A DNA stretch of 35,345 nt from Alphaproteobacteria bacterium (GCA_965261975.1 CBDHEC010000004.1:1-35345), one strand, 5' to 3'. Positions 1 through 13,203 are shown, counted from the stretch's first letter. Notes: generated by a model from the sequence alone, not told the origin. Numbers and translations: made by a program.

Positions 1-922
1 GCGCCCAGTCGGCGAAATAGCGCCGCGCCTGGCCCGACACGCGCGGGCGGGGCAATGCCGCATTCCCGCGTCCGGGGCGTTGCGTGCCGGCGGCAATCTC
101 GGCATCGCCGGGCCGGAGGAAACCGGCATCGACCATCGCCTGCAACACGGTCTGCGCCCGCCGGTGCGCCGCGGCCTCGCTGTTGTCGGGATTGAGGCGG
201 GACGGCGCACGCAGCAGCCCCGCCAGGACCGCCGCCTGATAGATATCCACGTCGCGTGCCGAGGTACCGAAGTAACGCTGGGCTGCCGCCTCGACACCGT
301 AGGTGCCGGCACCGAGATAGACCCGGTTGAGATAGATCGTGAGCAGTTCGTCCTTCTCGAACTGGCGCTCCAGCTTGAGCGCGAGAATCAGCTCGCTGAT
401 TTTTCGATCGAACGACCGCTCGGGTGTCAGAAACAGGTTCTTCGCGAGTTGCTGGGTCAGGGTGGACCCGCCCTGCACGACGCCGCCGGCGCGCAGATTG
501 GCGACGGCGGCGCGCAGCACACCGCGGATATCGACCCCGGGATGTTCGAAGAAACGCCGGTCCTCGATGGCGACAACCGCCTGGACCAGCTTGGGTGGCA
601 GTTCGTTGACCGTCAGCCGGGCGCCGTAGAGATCTCCATAGCCGCCGACCAAAGAGCCATCGGCCGCGACGATCGTGACCCCGGGACGTCGCGCCTTGTC
701 GACGGTCGGGCCGAGGGCATCAACGGCAGGCAGATTCCAGGCAAACCAGGCCAGCACGCCCGCCAACGCGATACCGCCCCAGATGCCGAGCACGAGCGAC
801 CATTTGGTCACGCGCCACAACAGACTGGAAGGTGCCGGCAGCGGCGCATCTGCTTTGGCGGCCCGCTTTCTCGCAGACGGCTTTGCGGATTTCCCGGGCT
901 TCTTTTTGGGCGGCTTGCTCAT
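1..922 (-). CDS. Class A penicillin-binding protein (PBP1A family), N-terminal part; runs off the left edge of the window
   Basis: Absent from the ORF track because there is no stop in the window. Translated by hand from ATG at 922: a Lys-rich tail (MSKPPKKKPGKSAK), a TM helix (WSLVLGIWGGIALAGVLAWFAW), then transglycosylase motifs AIEDRRFFEHPGVD, QGGSTLTQQLAKNLF, RKISE and IYLNRVYLG. The frame stays open to position 2. Confidence 0.93.
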   Translation of the reverse strand, partial: MSKPPKKKPGKSAKPSARKRAAKADAPLPAPSSLLWRVTKWSLVLGIWGGIALAGVLAWFAWNLPAVDALGPTVDKARRPGVTIVAADGSLVGGYGDLYGARLTVNELPPKLVQAVVAIEDRRFFEHPGVDIRGVLRAAVANLRAGGVVQGGSTLTQQLAKNLFLTPERSFDRKISELILALKLERQFEKDELLTIYLNRVYLGAGTYGVEAAAQRYFGTSARDVDIYQAAVLAGLLRAPSRLNPDNSEAAAHRRAQTVLQAMVDAGFLRPGDAEIAAGTQRPGRGNAALPRPRVSGQARRYFADWA

Positions 923-979
923 GGGCGCGGAGACTGGCGCACGGGATTGGCCGAATTATGGCAAAACACGTGGCGCGCG

Positions 980-4708
<3,729 letters not shown>

Positions 4709-4714
4709 GCGCGG

Positions 4715-5833
4715 CTAGACGCGCATCGGCATGAGGACATAAAGCGCGCTCTCGTCTCCGCTGTCGCGTACGATTGTCGGCGAAGACGCGTCCGCCAGAA
4801 CGAATTCCGCGTTGTCGTTTTCGATCTGGGCGGTGATATCGAGCAGGTAACGCGAGTTGAAACCGATTTCGATTTCGGTTTCGTCATACGCCACTTCGAG
4901 CTCCTCCGACGCGCTGCCATTCTCCGCACTCGTGGCCGACAGGGTCAGCTGGCCCGGGCCGACCGCCAGCTTGATGGCGCGGCTCTTTTCCGACGAAATG
5001 GTCGAGACCCGGTCGACGGCCTGGGCAAACACGTTCCGGTCAACGGAGAGAATCTTGTCGTTGTCCTTCGGGATGACCCGCTCATAGTCGGGAAAGGTGC
5101 CGTCGATCAATTTCGAGGTCAGCACCGCATCATCGAAGGTCATGCGAATGCGCGTGTCGGACAGCGCGATCTCGATCGGATCTGTCGTCTCCTCGATCAG
5201 CTTGCGCAGCTCGCCAATCGCCTTGCGTGGCACGATGACGCCGGGAATGCCGTCGCCGCCATCGGGCATCGGCAACTGGACCCGGGCCAGACGATGTCCG
5301 TCCGTCGCCACGGCGCGCAGGACATTCGTCCCGTCCTGATCGGCGGCATGGAGGAAAATACCGTTCAGGTAGTAGCGGGTTTCCTCGGTCGAGACCGCAA
5401 ACCGCGTGCGGTCGACGAGCGTCCGCAGATCTTCGGCCTCGAGGGTGAAGGTATGGGGCATATCCCCGCCGCTCATGGTCGGGAAATCCTCGACCGGGAG
5501 CGTCGCGAGATTGAACTTCGAGCGGCCCGCCTTGATCAGCATCTGGCCGGCGGCGGCATCGGTCTCGATCTCGACCTGGGCGCCATCCGGGAGCTTGCGC
5601 ACGATATCGTAGAGCGTGTGCGCCGGCGCGGTCGTCGAGCCTTCCTGAGATGTCTCTGCGGGAACCGTTTCGTTGATGGCGAGGTCCATGTCGGTCGCGC
5701 TGAGCGTCAATCCGCCATTTTTACCGTCGAGAAGAACATTGGCGAGGATCGGGATCGTATTGCGTCGCTCTACAACGCTCTGGACATGTGCCAATGCCTT
5801 GAGGAACGTCGCACGCTCGATGGTCAGTTTCAT
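4715..5833 (-). CDS. dnaN: DNA polymerase III beta sliding clamp
   Basis: MKLTIER...VVERRNTIPILANV, VATDGHRLA, GTFPDYERVIP and C-terminal YVLMPMRV. Start trimmed to ATG 5833. Confidence 0.98.
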   Translation of the reverse strand: MKLTIERATFLKALAHVQSVVERRNTIPILANVLLDGKNGGLTLSATDMDLAINETVPAETSQEGSTTAPAHTLYDIVRKLPDGAQVEIETDAAAGQMLIKAGRSKFNLATLPVEDFPTMSGGDMPHTFTLEAEDLRTLVDRTRFAVSTEETRYYLNGIFLHAADQDGTNVLRAVATDGHRLARVQLPMPDGGDGIPGVIVPRKAIGELRKLIEETTDPIEIALSDTRIRMTFDDAVLTSKLIDGTFPDYERVIPKDNDKILSVDRNVFAQAVDRVSTISSEKSRAIKLAVGPGQLTLSATSAENGSASEELEVAYDETEIEIGFNSRYLLDITAQIENDNAEFVLADASSPTIVRDSGDESALYVLMPMRV

Positions 5834-5967
5834 TCTTCGTCGGTCCTTTTTGGCCCCGGATGCGGCTCCCCGGAATGGGGTGTAACGCATGATGCGACGC
5901 GGTTTGTCTTATCTGTCGCAAGCGCCCGGAAATCCGGGAAATCTGGGCAAATTCTGAAGCGGTCAAA

Positions 5968-5996
5968 GTATAGCAAATACAGCCTGATTCGTCAGG
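5968..5996 (-). promoter_or_regulatory. Candidate RpoD promoter of dnaN-recF-gyrB: CCTGAC-N17-CTATAC
   Basis: Close to the alphaproteobacterial CTTGAC-N17-CTATAT consensus with exact 17-nt spacing. A GANTC site (5986-5990) abuts the -35 element. Confidence 0.55.
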
Positions 5997-6083
5997 CAAA
6001 TCAGCCGCTGAACGCACACGCGTACAGTTCAAATAACAGTTCTATTTCAAGGCCTTACAAAAAGGCGCGCGACGCGGTGCGGT

Positions 6084-7517
6084 TCAGATTTCCAGCATCC
6101 GGCGCAGCAGCTCGACATCTTCGTTAAATCCGATGTCCGCCGAGCGCAACTCCTCGACCTTTCGAACCGCGTGCATGACCGTGGTGTGGTCGCGCCCGCC
6201 GAACTTTCGCCCGATCTCCGGCAACGAACGCGACGTCAGCTGCTTGGCCAGATACATCGCCACCTGGCGCGGCCGCGCAACCGCGCGGGCACGGCGTGCC
6301 GAATGCATATCCGCGAGGCGAATGTTGAAATGTTCGGCCACCCGCTTCTGGATTTCCTCGATCGTGACACGGCGGTCATTGGCCCGCAGAAGGTCGTGCA
6401 GGACATCCTGGGTCGTCTCGAGGGTCACCGGCCGACCAACCAGCGTGGTGTGGGCGACGATGCGATTGAGCGCACCTTCAAGCTCACGCACGTTCGAGGT
6501 GATCTTGTGGGCGAGGAATTCCAGCACCTTGTCGGGAATTTCCGCACCGATCTGCTCCCCCTTGGCCTGCAGAATACCGAGACGCAGCTCATAATCCGTC
6601 GGGTGAATATCGGCCACCAGACCACAGCCCAGGCGCGATTTGAGGCGCTCTTCCATGCCTTCGAGGTCCGACGGCGACTTGTCGGCCGACACGATAATCT
6701 GCCGGTTCTGGTCCACCAGCGCGTTGAAGGTGTGGAAGAACTCTTCCTGGGTCGAATCCTTGCCGGCGATGAACTGGATATCGTCGATCATCAAAACGTC
6801 GACAGAGCGGAACTGTTCCTTGAAGTCCATGATCGTGCGGTATCGCAGTGCCCGGATGAACTGATACATGAACTTCTCGGCGGACATGTAGAGGACCCGC
6901 CGCTGGGGCTCACGCTCCGTGAGATGCCAGGCAATCGCATGCATCAAATGGGTTTTGCCGAGGCCGACGCCGCCATACAGGAAAAGCGGGTTGAACGGGA
7001 CCGTCTTGGCCTCGCCGACCCGACGCGCGGCAGCATGGGCCAGCTCGTTCGAGCGCCCGACGACGAAATTACCGAACTTGAACCGATCATCGAGAAACGT
7101 GCGAACGTCGCCGATGCCGTTCTCTGCGGCACCCGGTGTCGCATCAGCGCCGGCGCTCGCCTCGGAATCCCGGGGGGCAGCTTCGGACTCGATGCGCTGG
7201 GCCAGCGGCTGACGCGGCGGCGCGCCGGCCTGAACAATGGTCTGGGCAGGCTCGACGATGATCTCGACCGACTGGACGGCATCATTCTCGTCCGCCCACA
7301 ACTCCGTCAGGCGGGTGCCGTAATTCTGATCAATCCAATCGCGCATAAAGCGCGTCGGCACGGCCACGCGGATGCGACCGGCGTTGAAATCTCCGAGCGT
7401 CAACGGCTTCAACCAGCTGTTAAACGCAGCCTCCCCGACATCGGTGCGCAACTTTGCGCGCACCCTGGTCCACTGCTCAGTCAGTGTCCCGTCGTTCTGC
7501 CCCCACTGCTCACTCAT
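6084..7517 (-). CDS. dnaA: Chromosomal replication initiator DnaA
   Basis: FNPLFLYGGVGLGKTHL, LMIDDIQF, TQEEFFHTFN, NVRELEGAL, PRQVAMYL and FGGRDHTTVMHA. Confidence 0.99.
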   Translation of the reverse strand: MSEQWGQNDGTLTEQWTRVRAKLRTDVGEAAFNSWLKPLTLGDFNAGRIRVAVPTRFMRDWIDQNYGTRLTELWADENDAVQSVEIIVEPAQTIVQAGAPPRQPLAQRIESEAAPRDSEASAGADATPGAAENGIGDVRTFLDDRFKFGNFVVGRSNELAHAAARRVGEAKTVPFNPLFLYGGVGLGKTHLMHAIAWHLTEREPQRRVLYMSAEKFMYQFIRALRYRTIMDFKEQFRSVDVLMIDDIQFIAGKDSTQEEFFHTFNALVDQNRQIIVSADKSPSDLEGMEERLKSRLGCGLVADIHPTDYELRLGILQAKGEQIGAEIPDKVLEFLAHKITSNVRELEGALNRIVAHTTLVGRPVTLETTQDVLHDLLRANDRRVTIEEIQKRVAEHFNIRLADMHSARRARAVARPRQVAMYLAKQLTSRSLPEIGRKFGGRDHTTVMHAVRKVEELRSADIGFNEDVELLRRMLEI

Positions 7518-7872
7518 CTGGCGATACTCTCCGTGAACTCAACCAACCAAACTCGCCACGCGCCCTCCGCCAGGATCGGTCACGCGGCAACCAAGCCATT
7601 GCCCCGGGGACGGTGTCGACACACACACCAACCGCAGCAACGCGACGGACCAAACAATGTCATGGGAGAAACTTCCCAAGCACACACCATCGTCCACCCC
7701 GTGCCGCACGAGCATCAGCGAAAGAACCGGATAGAAGCGCCGGAATGGCGACAGGATCGAGAAAGAAGTCGCGGTGACAACGCAAGCGCCTAACCGCAAA
7801 TGAAAAACCAGTTTTACTTGTGTTTACTTGTTTTAACCGGCTTTTTACTGCTCCCAAACACAATTTTCCCTC

Positions 7873-7909
7873 GAGAGACTTAGTTGTATTTGCTCCAACT
7901 TAGTCTCTC
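7873..7909. repeat. 14-bp inverted repeat with one mismatch and a 9-nt loop, in the AT-rich dnaA upstream region
   Basis: GAGAGACTTAGTTG-tatttgctc-CAACTTAGTCTCTC read directly. Confidence 0.85.
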
Positions 7910-7991
7910 AAAATCCTCTTCTGTATTTATCCGTTAATCCACTGACCGAGTCTTTATTTTTACTGCATCCTCGGTCCCGTGAGGCAGATGG

Positions 7992-8020
7992 AACATAGCG
8001 TGAGAGGTCAGGACTAGCAA
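7992..8020 (-). promoter_or_regulatory. Candidate dnaA promoter TTGCTA-N17-TATGTT
   Basis: Best sigma70-like pair I found downstream of the rpsT terminator, with 17-nt spacing. Sequence match only. Confidence 0.4.
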
Positions 8021-8087
8021 CTGGTCAAAAGGTCGAATGCGTAAAAAAACACGAAAATTTCGCGCGCCGGTCACCCGCCATACGCGC

Positions 8088-8116
8088 AAACAAAAACCGC
8101 GCCTCAAGGGCGCGGT
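8088..8116 (-). terminator. Rho-independent terminator of rpsT
   Basis: Minus strand ACCGCGCC-cttga-GGCGCGGT followed by TTTTGTTT, 27 nt after the rpsT stop. Confidence 0.8.
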
Positions 8117-8143
8117 CGGTAAAAATGCTGACAGGGTAGTTGG

Positions 8144-8407
8144 TTAGGCCAAGGCCTTTATGCGTGCGGACAAGCGCGACAGCTTGCGCGACACCGTGTT
8201 GGCGTGAATGACACCTTTTTGTGCGCCGCGCTGCATTTCCGGCTGTGCCGCACGTAACGCGGCCGTGGCGGCCGGCTTGTCGCCAGCGGCGATGGCCGCC
8301 TCGACCTGCTTCACATGCGTGCGGATGCGCCCGATCCGGTTTCCGTTGATCGCGGCGCGCCGCTCGTTGCGACGAATGCGTACTTTTGCCGAATGATGAT
8401 TGGCCAT
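8144..8407 (-). CDS. rpsT: 30S ribosomal protein S20
   Basis: 87 aa; [17 protein letters not shown]...[16 protein letters not shown]. Position upstream of dnaA is typical of Alphaproteobacteria. Confidence 0.98.
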   Translation of the reverse strand: MANHHSAKVRIRRNERRAAINGNRIGRIRTHVKQVEAAIAAGDKPAATAALRAAQPEMQRGAQKGVIHANTVSRKLSRLSARIKALA

Positions 8408-8444
8408 ATTGGTTCTCGAAATCGATTGCGTGTTCGGGCGCGGT

Positions 8445-8473
8445 GTATAGACGGGGTCCGGGGGCCCGTCAAG
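8445..8473 (-). promoter_or_regulatory. RpoD promoter of rpsT: CTTGAC-N17-CTATAC
   Basis: Near-perfect alphaproteobacterial RpoD consensus, 37 nt upstream of the ATG. Confidence 0.8.
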
Positions 8474-8547
8474 GTCGCAACGGCCTGAAATACGAAGGAA
8501 TTTCCCCGCGCCATACGCGGCCCCACCCCGCCCGGCGCGTCAGGTCG

Positions 8548-9324
8548 CTACTTATGCTTGAAGTTGGGCTGCCGCTTTTCGACAAACGCCGCCATGCCTT
8601 CCTTCTGATCCTCGGTCGCAAAGGTCGAATGGAACAGGCGTCGCTCGAAACGCACCCCCTCTGACAAGGTACTCTCATAGGCCCGGTCGACCGCCTCCTT
8701 CGCCATCATAACCACCGGCCTGGAAAGCCCGGCGACCGTGTTCGCGGCCTGCAGCGCCTCGTCCATCAGCGAATCCAGCGGCACCACCCGGCTGACGAGA
8801 CCGGCCCGCTCAGCTTCCTCGGCATCCATCATCCGGCCGGTCAGAACCATTTCCATGGCCTTTGCCTTGCCCACAAAGCGTGTCAGGCGCTGGGTACCGC
8901 CCGCGCCGGGGATCGTGCCGATGGTAATCTCGGGCTGACCGAATTTCGCGTTGTCGGCCGCAATGATGAAGTCGCACATCATGGCCAGTTCGCAGCCGCC
9001 GCCCAGCGCATACCCGGCCACCGCCGCCACGACGGGCTTCCGGCAGGTGGTCACCCGCTCCCAGCCCTTCGTAATGAAATCGGCAAGATAGGCGTCCATA
9101 TAGGATTTTTCCGCCATCTCCTTGATGTCGGCGCCGGCCGCAAAGGCCTTCTCGGAACCGGTAAGAACGATGCAGCCGATATTCTCGTCGGCCTCGTATC
9201 CGTCGAGCGCCTGACCCAGCTCAAGGATCAGCGCGTCGCACAGGGCATTCAGCGCCTTGGGCCGATTCAGCCGGACGATGCCGACATGGCCCTGGGTTTC
9301 AACTTCAATATTCTCATAGGCCAT
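8548..9324 (-). CDS. Enoyl-CoA hydratase (crotonase family)
   Basis: [36 protein letters not shown] and FGQPEI. SD GAGGAGG lies 6 nt before ATG 9324. Confidence 0.95.
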   Translation of the reverse strand: MAYENIEVETQGHVGIVRLNRPKALNALCDALILELGQALDGYEADENIGCIVLTGSEKAFAAGADIKEMAEKSYMDAYLADFITKGWERVTTCRKPVVAAVAGYALGGGCELAMMCDFIIAADNAKFGQPEITIGTIPGAGGTQRLTRFVGKAKAMEMVLTGRMMDAEEAERAGLVSRVVPLDSLMDEALQAANTVAGLSRPVVMMAKEAVDRAYESTLSEGVRFERRLFHSTFATEDQKEGMAAFVEKRQPNFKHK

Positions 9325-9404
9325 CATGGGCCTCCTCGGTCTGACTAATGGTTTGAGTTTCGAATTCCGCGGTTCGGCGCAACGCTCTCTTCTGGTGCAC
9401 CCGT

Positions 9405-9797
9405 CTATGGCGCGCTGGGCGCGATGGCGAAGCGCACGACGACGCCGCCGTCCCTGCTGTTTACATTCAACCGAAGCGTTTCCTTGCCCCTTGTCCAGGT
9501 TCGCTCCGCACGGGGCTGCCAGCCCAGCGCGGGCAAAGTCTCGGCATAAAAGGCGCGCACGGCGACGGGATCGACGGCGCCGCTGGCGACCGCCTGCACG
9601 ATCCGGCCCTCGGGTTTGTCGAAGGCAATCCGCCCTTCCTCGTCCTCGACCAGGCCGGGCGCCAGGGGCAAATCATCGACATCGGCCAGATAGGCCGGCC
9701 CTTGCGCGGCGACGGGGGCCACGGGCGCGGCCAGCACAAGCAGGGCCGCGATCATCACCGCGGCCGCGCGCGAGAGGTTTATTGTGCAAAGCAACAT
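9405..9797 (-). CDS. Small secreted/periplasmic hypothetical protein
   Basis: Signal-peptide-like N-terminus ([18 protein letters not shown]) and globular mature part ([28 protein letters not shown]). Fills the mutM-hydratase gap on the same strand. Confidence 0.8.
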   Translation of the reverse strand: MLLCTINLSRAAAVMIAALLVLAAPVAPVAAQGPAYLADVDDLPLAPGLVEDEEGRIAFDKPEGRIVQAVASGAVDPVAVRAFYAETLPALGWQPRAERTWTRGKETLRLNVNSRDGGVVVRFAIAPSAP

Positions 9798-9812
9798 GAC
9801 GCCGCTCTTAGC

Positions 9813-10691
9813 TCACCGTTGCTGCCGAGAGCAATAGAAAGTGGAGCGGCCGGATTGAACAATCCGGGCGATCCGGCAGCCTTCAATCCCCGCCGCGTCG
9901 CATTTGGCGCAGGTCTCCCCGGCCCGGTCATAGACGGCCCAGCGATGCTGGAAGTAACCAAGCTCCCCGTCCGTCTGGACATAGTCTCGGAGCGACGATC
10001 CGCCGGCCTCGATCGCCTCGCCCAGGACATCACGGACCGCGTCAACCAGCCGTGCTGCGCGGTTGCCGGCAACGGTGTGGGCGCTGCGTCGCGGGCTGAT
10101 TCCCGCGCGCCACAAGGCCTCGCAGGCATAGATGTTGCCGATACCGGCGACGACCCGCTGGTCCAGCAACGCCGCCTTGATCGGGGTCCGCTTGCCGCGC
10201 AGCGCATCTGCGAAATAATCAGGCGAAAATTCCGCCGAAAGGGGCTCGGGCCCGAGCGTGCGCAAATGGGGGCTTGCCGCCTCGCCGTCCGGCGCGATCA
10301 GGTCCATGAACCCGAACCGGCGGGTGTCGTTATAGATAACCCGCCCGCCATCCTCGGCCTCGATCAGGACATGGTCATGTTTTTCAACCATCGCCCAGCC
10401 GGAGTTGTGCCCGGCCTGGCCCGAAGAGGCGGCGGCGCCGGGAATCACGGTGAAACGGCCCGACATCCCCAGATGGGCGAGCCACGTCTCACCGCTGTCG
10501 AGGCGAATGAGAATATACTTCGCCCGGCGCACGACCTCGGTCACGGTCCGGCCGGTCAGGCGGTCGGCAAACCCCTCGGGAAACGGAAACCGCAGGTCCG
10601 GCCGGCGCAGCTCGACCCGGGCCAGGCGTTTGCCTTCAAGGGCGGGGCGCAGGCCGCGGACAACGGTTTCGACTTCGGGCAATTCGGGCAT
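9813..10691 (-). CDS. mutM: Formamidopyrimidine-DNA glycosylase
   Basis: MPELPEVET start, [24 protein letters not shown] and C-terminal zinc finger (CAKC...[11 protein letters not shown]). Confidence 0.98.
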   Translation of the reverse strand: MPELPEVETVVRGLRPALEGKRLARVELRRPDLRFPFPEGFADRLTGRTVTEVVRRAKYILIRLDSGETWLAHLGMSGRFTVIPGAAASSGQAGHNSGWAMVEKHDHVLIEAEDGGRVIYNDTRRFGFMDLIAPDGEAASPHLRTLGPEPLSAEFSPDYFADALRGKRTPIKAALLDQRVVAGIGNIYACEALWRAGISPRRSAHTVAGNRAARLVDAVRDVLGEAIEAGGSSLRDYVQTDGELGYFQHRWAVYDRAGETCAKCDAAGIEGCRIARIVQSGRSTFYCSRQQR

Positions 10692-10800
10692 TTCGGCATC
10701 CGGCGTCGGCATTCGGGCGCATTTGTCTTATCACGCAGATGGTCGCAGGGCGGCTTTTCTTTTGCCGCCCGAGGCCCTCGTCCGATATGTTCCCCCGGCT

Positions 10801-11577
10801 ATGCGCGAACCTGGCCCCAAATCGCCGCACGACACCACGCATTTTGGCTTCGAGGACGTCCCCGTCTCGGAGAAGAGCGGGCGTGTGCGCGATGTCTTTT
10901 CATCCGTCGCCGGCAACTACGACCTGATGAACGACCTGATGAGCATGGGGGTTCACCGGTTCTGGAAATCCATTTTCGTCGGCATGGTCGCCCAACGGCC
11001 CGGCCTCCAGGTCCTGGATGTGGCGGGCGGCACGGGCGACATCGCGTTTCGCATCCGCGCGAAGGCCCGGCCCGATACCCGGATCACGGTCTGCGATATC
11101 AATGCCGACATGCTCGCCGTCGGCCGGAACAGGGCGATCGACCGCGGCATTCTGGGCCGTGACGATGGTATCCGCTGGGTTTGCGGCGATGCGGAAGCCG
11201 TCCCCGCACCGGATTCGAGCTTCGATGCCTACACAATCGCGTTCGGCATGCGCAACGTCACGGATATTCCCGCCGCGCTGGCCGAGGCGCGTCGCGTTCT
11301 GCGCCCGGGCGGACAGTTTCTCTGCCTCGAATTCAGCCAGGTCGTCCTGCCCGTGCTGGATGAAATCTATGATCGCTATTCCTTCTCGGTGCTGCCCTGG
11401 CTTGGAAAACGCGTCGCGCGCGACGAGGCCGCCTACCGCTACCTCGCCGAAAGCATTCGCCAGTTCCCCGAACAGCAGGCCTATAGCGAGCTGATCCGCG
11501 ATGCGGGGCTGGAATCCGTGCGTGTGCGCAACCTGTCGGGCGGCATCGCCGCCATTCACACCGCACGCCGGATCTGA
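10801..11577 (+). CDS. ubiE: Ubiquinone/menaquinone biosynthesis C-methyltransferase
   Basis: THFGF, VFSSVAGNYDLMNDLMSMGVHRFWK, LDVAGGTGDIA and YLAESIRQFP. Start trimmed to ATG 10801. Confidence 0.97.
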   Translation: MREPGPKSPHDTTHFGFEDVPVSEKSGRVRDVFSSVAGNYDLMNDLMSMGVHRFWKSIFVGMVAQRPGLQVLDVAGGTGDIAFRIRAKARPDTRITVCDINADMLAVGRNRAIDRGILGRDDGIRWVCGDAEAVPAPDSSFDAYTIAFGMRNVTDIPAALAEARRVLRPGGQFLCLEFSQVVLPVLDEIYDRYSFSVLPWLGKRVARDEAAYRYLAESIRQFPEQQAYSELIRDAGLESVRVRNLSGGIAAIHTARRI

Positions 11578-11594
11578 GCCGCGATGCGCCCGCC

Positions 11595-13157
11595 ATGCTG
11601 AGAGCCCTTCGAAATATCTTCCGGCTGATCGCGATCGCGCGCACGCTGGCGCGCTATGACGCGCTGTTCCCTGCCGACTGGATGCCGGCCACCGGCGGCC
11701 TCGTCTTCGCCGCGCGCGTTCTGTCGGGCTTCCGCACCGCGTCCGGCATCCGCGATCTCCGCCCCGGTGAACGCCTGGCCCTGGCGCTCCAGGATCTCGG
11801 CCCCAGCTTCATCAAGTTCGGCCAGATGCTCAGCACCCGGCCCGACCTGGTGGGCGAGACCATTGCCAACGATCTGTCGAGCCTGCAAGACCGGCTACCG
11901 CCCTTCTCCAGCGACGAGGCGCGCGCGGCCATCGAGGCCGAGTTCGAGCGCCCGATCGAGGAGATTTTCGAGTATTTCGAGGACGAACCCGTGGCGGCGG
12001 CATCCATCGCACAGGTTCACTCAGCCCGGATTCTTGCGCCTGCATCCGATGACGAAGCGGACACAGCCGACATCCGCGAAGTCGCGGTCAAGGTTCTGCG
12101 GCCGGGCATCGAACGCGCGGTGGAGCGCGACCTGGACCTGTTTCGCTGGATCGCCGACATCGCAGAAACCACTCAGCCGCGGTTGCGCCGCCTCAAACCG
12201 GTGGTCGCGGTCGAGACCTTCGCCGAGAGCCTGCGCTGGGAAATGGACCTGCGCATGGAAGGCGCCGCCGCCTCCGAGCTGCACGGCAACTTCGAGGACG
12301 ACCCGATGTATGTCGTCCCGACGATCGACTGGGAGCGGACAGGACGCCGGGTCCTGACCACGGAGTGGATTTCCGGGATTCCGGTGCACGATGTCGACGC
12401 GCTCGTCGCCGCCGGCCACGACCTCGAGGCGATCGTCCGCAAGGCGGCGGAATCATTCTTCCTGCAGGTCTTCCGCGACGGCTTCTTCCACGCCGATATG
12501 CACCCCGGAAACGCCTTCGTGCGCGAGGACGGCGCGTTATGCGTGGTCGATTTCGGGATCATGGGCCGGATCGACCGGCGGACGCGCTATTTCCTGGCCG
12601 ACATGCTGCTCGGCTTCGTGACCGGCGACTACGAACGCGTCGCGGACGTTCATTTCCAGGCGGACTATGTCCCGGCCAGCACGGACCGCCAGGTGTTTCA
12701 CCAGGCGATCCGGGCGATCGGCGAGCCGATCTTCGACCGGCCGCCCAGTGAGATCTCGATCGCGCGGCTGCTGGCGCAGCTGTTCCAGGTCTCCGAGCGG
12801 TTCGACATGGAGGCGCAGCCCGAACTTCTGCTGCTGCAAAAGACGATGCTGCTCGCCGAAGGCGTCGGCCGCCGCCTGGCACCGGAGCTGAACATGTGGC
12901 AGCTGGCGCTGCCGCTGGTCGAGGAGTGGATGCGCGAGCATCGCGGCCCCGAGGCCCGGCTGGCCGAGATGACCGCGGACGTGATCCATGCGGCCACCAG
13001 GCTGCCCAAGGCCGTCGAGGCGATCGAGCAGGCCGCCACGCGGATCGCCGACGGCGAGGTCAAGCTCGACCTCGGACGCACGGGCACCCCCAAATGGCCG
13101 CTCTGGCTCGCCGTAGCCGTGCTCGCAGGCCTGATAATCGTCGAACTCGTGAGCTGA
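11595..13157 (+). CDS. ubiB: Ubiquinone biosynthesis ABC1-family kinase-like protein UbiB
   Basis: LGPSFIKFGQMLSTRPD, AAASIAQVH, VAVKVLRPG, FFHADMHPGN, DFGIMG and a C-terminal TM helix; follows ubiE. Confidence 0.96.
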   Translation: MLRALRNIFRLIAIARTLARYDALFPADWMPATGGLVFAARVLSGFRTASGIRDLRPGERLALALQDLGPSFIKFGQMLSTRPDLVGETIANDLSSLQDRLPPFSSDEARAAIEAEFERPIEEIFEYFEDEPVAAASIAQVHSARILAPASDDEADTADIREVAVKVLRPGIERAVERDLDLFRWIADIAETTQPRLRRLKPVVAVETFAESLRWEMDLRMEGAAASELHGNFEDDPMYVVPTIDWERTGRRVLTTEWISGIPVHDVDALVAAGHDLEAIVRKAAESFFLQVFRDGFFHADMHPGNAFVREDGALCVVDFGIMGRIDRRTRYFLADMLLGFVTGDYERVADVHFQADYVPASTDRQVFHQAIRAIGEPIFDRPPSEISIARLLAQLFQVSERFDMEAQPELLLLQKTMLLAEGVGRRLAPELNMWQLALPLVEEWMREHRGPEARLAEMTADVIHAATRLPKAVEAIEQAATRIADGEVKLDLGRTGTPKWPLWLAVAVLAGLIIVELVS

Positions 13158-13203
13158 CACGCACCGCGCTTGCGTTGTTGCCGGGGGCGGCGAAAAGCCT
13201 ATC

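Noticed and set aside
7539-7863. Small ORFs 7539..7799 and 7660..7863 upstream of dnaA as leader peptides
   Set aside because: Non-ATG starts, no clear SD and unremarkable composition; unsupported without ribosome profiling.
5834-8143. oriC flanking dnaA
   Set aside because: No TTATCCACA/TGATCCACA cluster and no full CtrA TTAA-N7-TTAA site seen in either spacer; characterised alphaproteobacterial origins commonly lie near hemE. Genome-wide GC skew would be needed.
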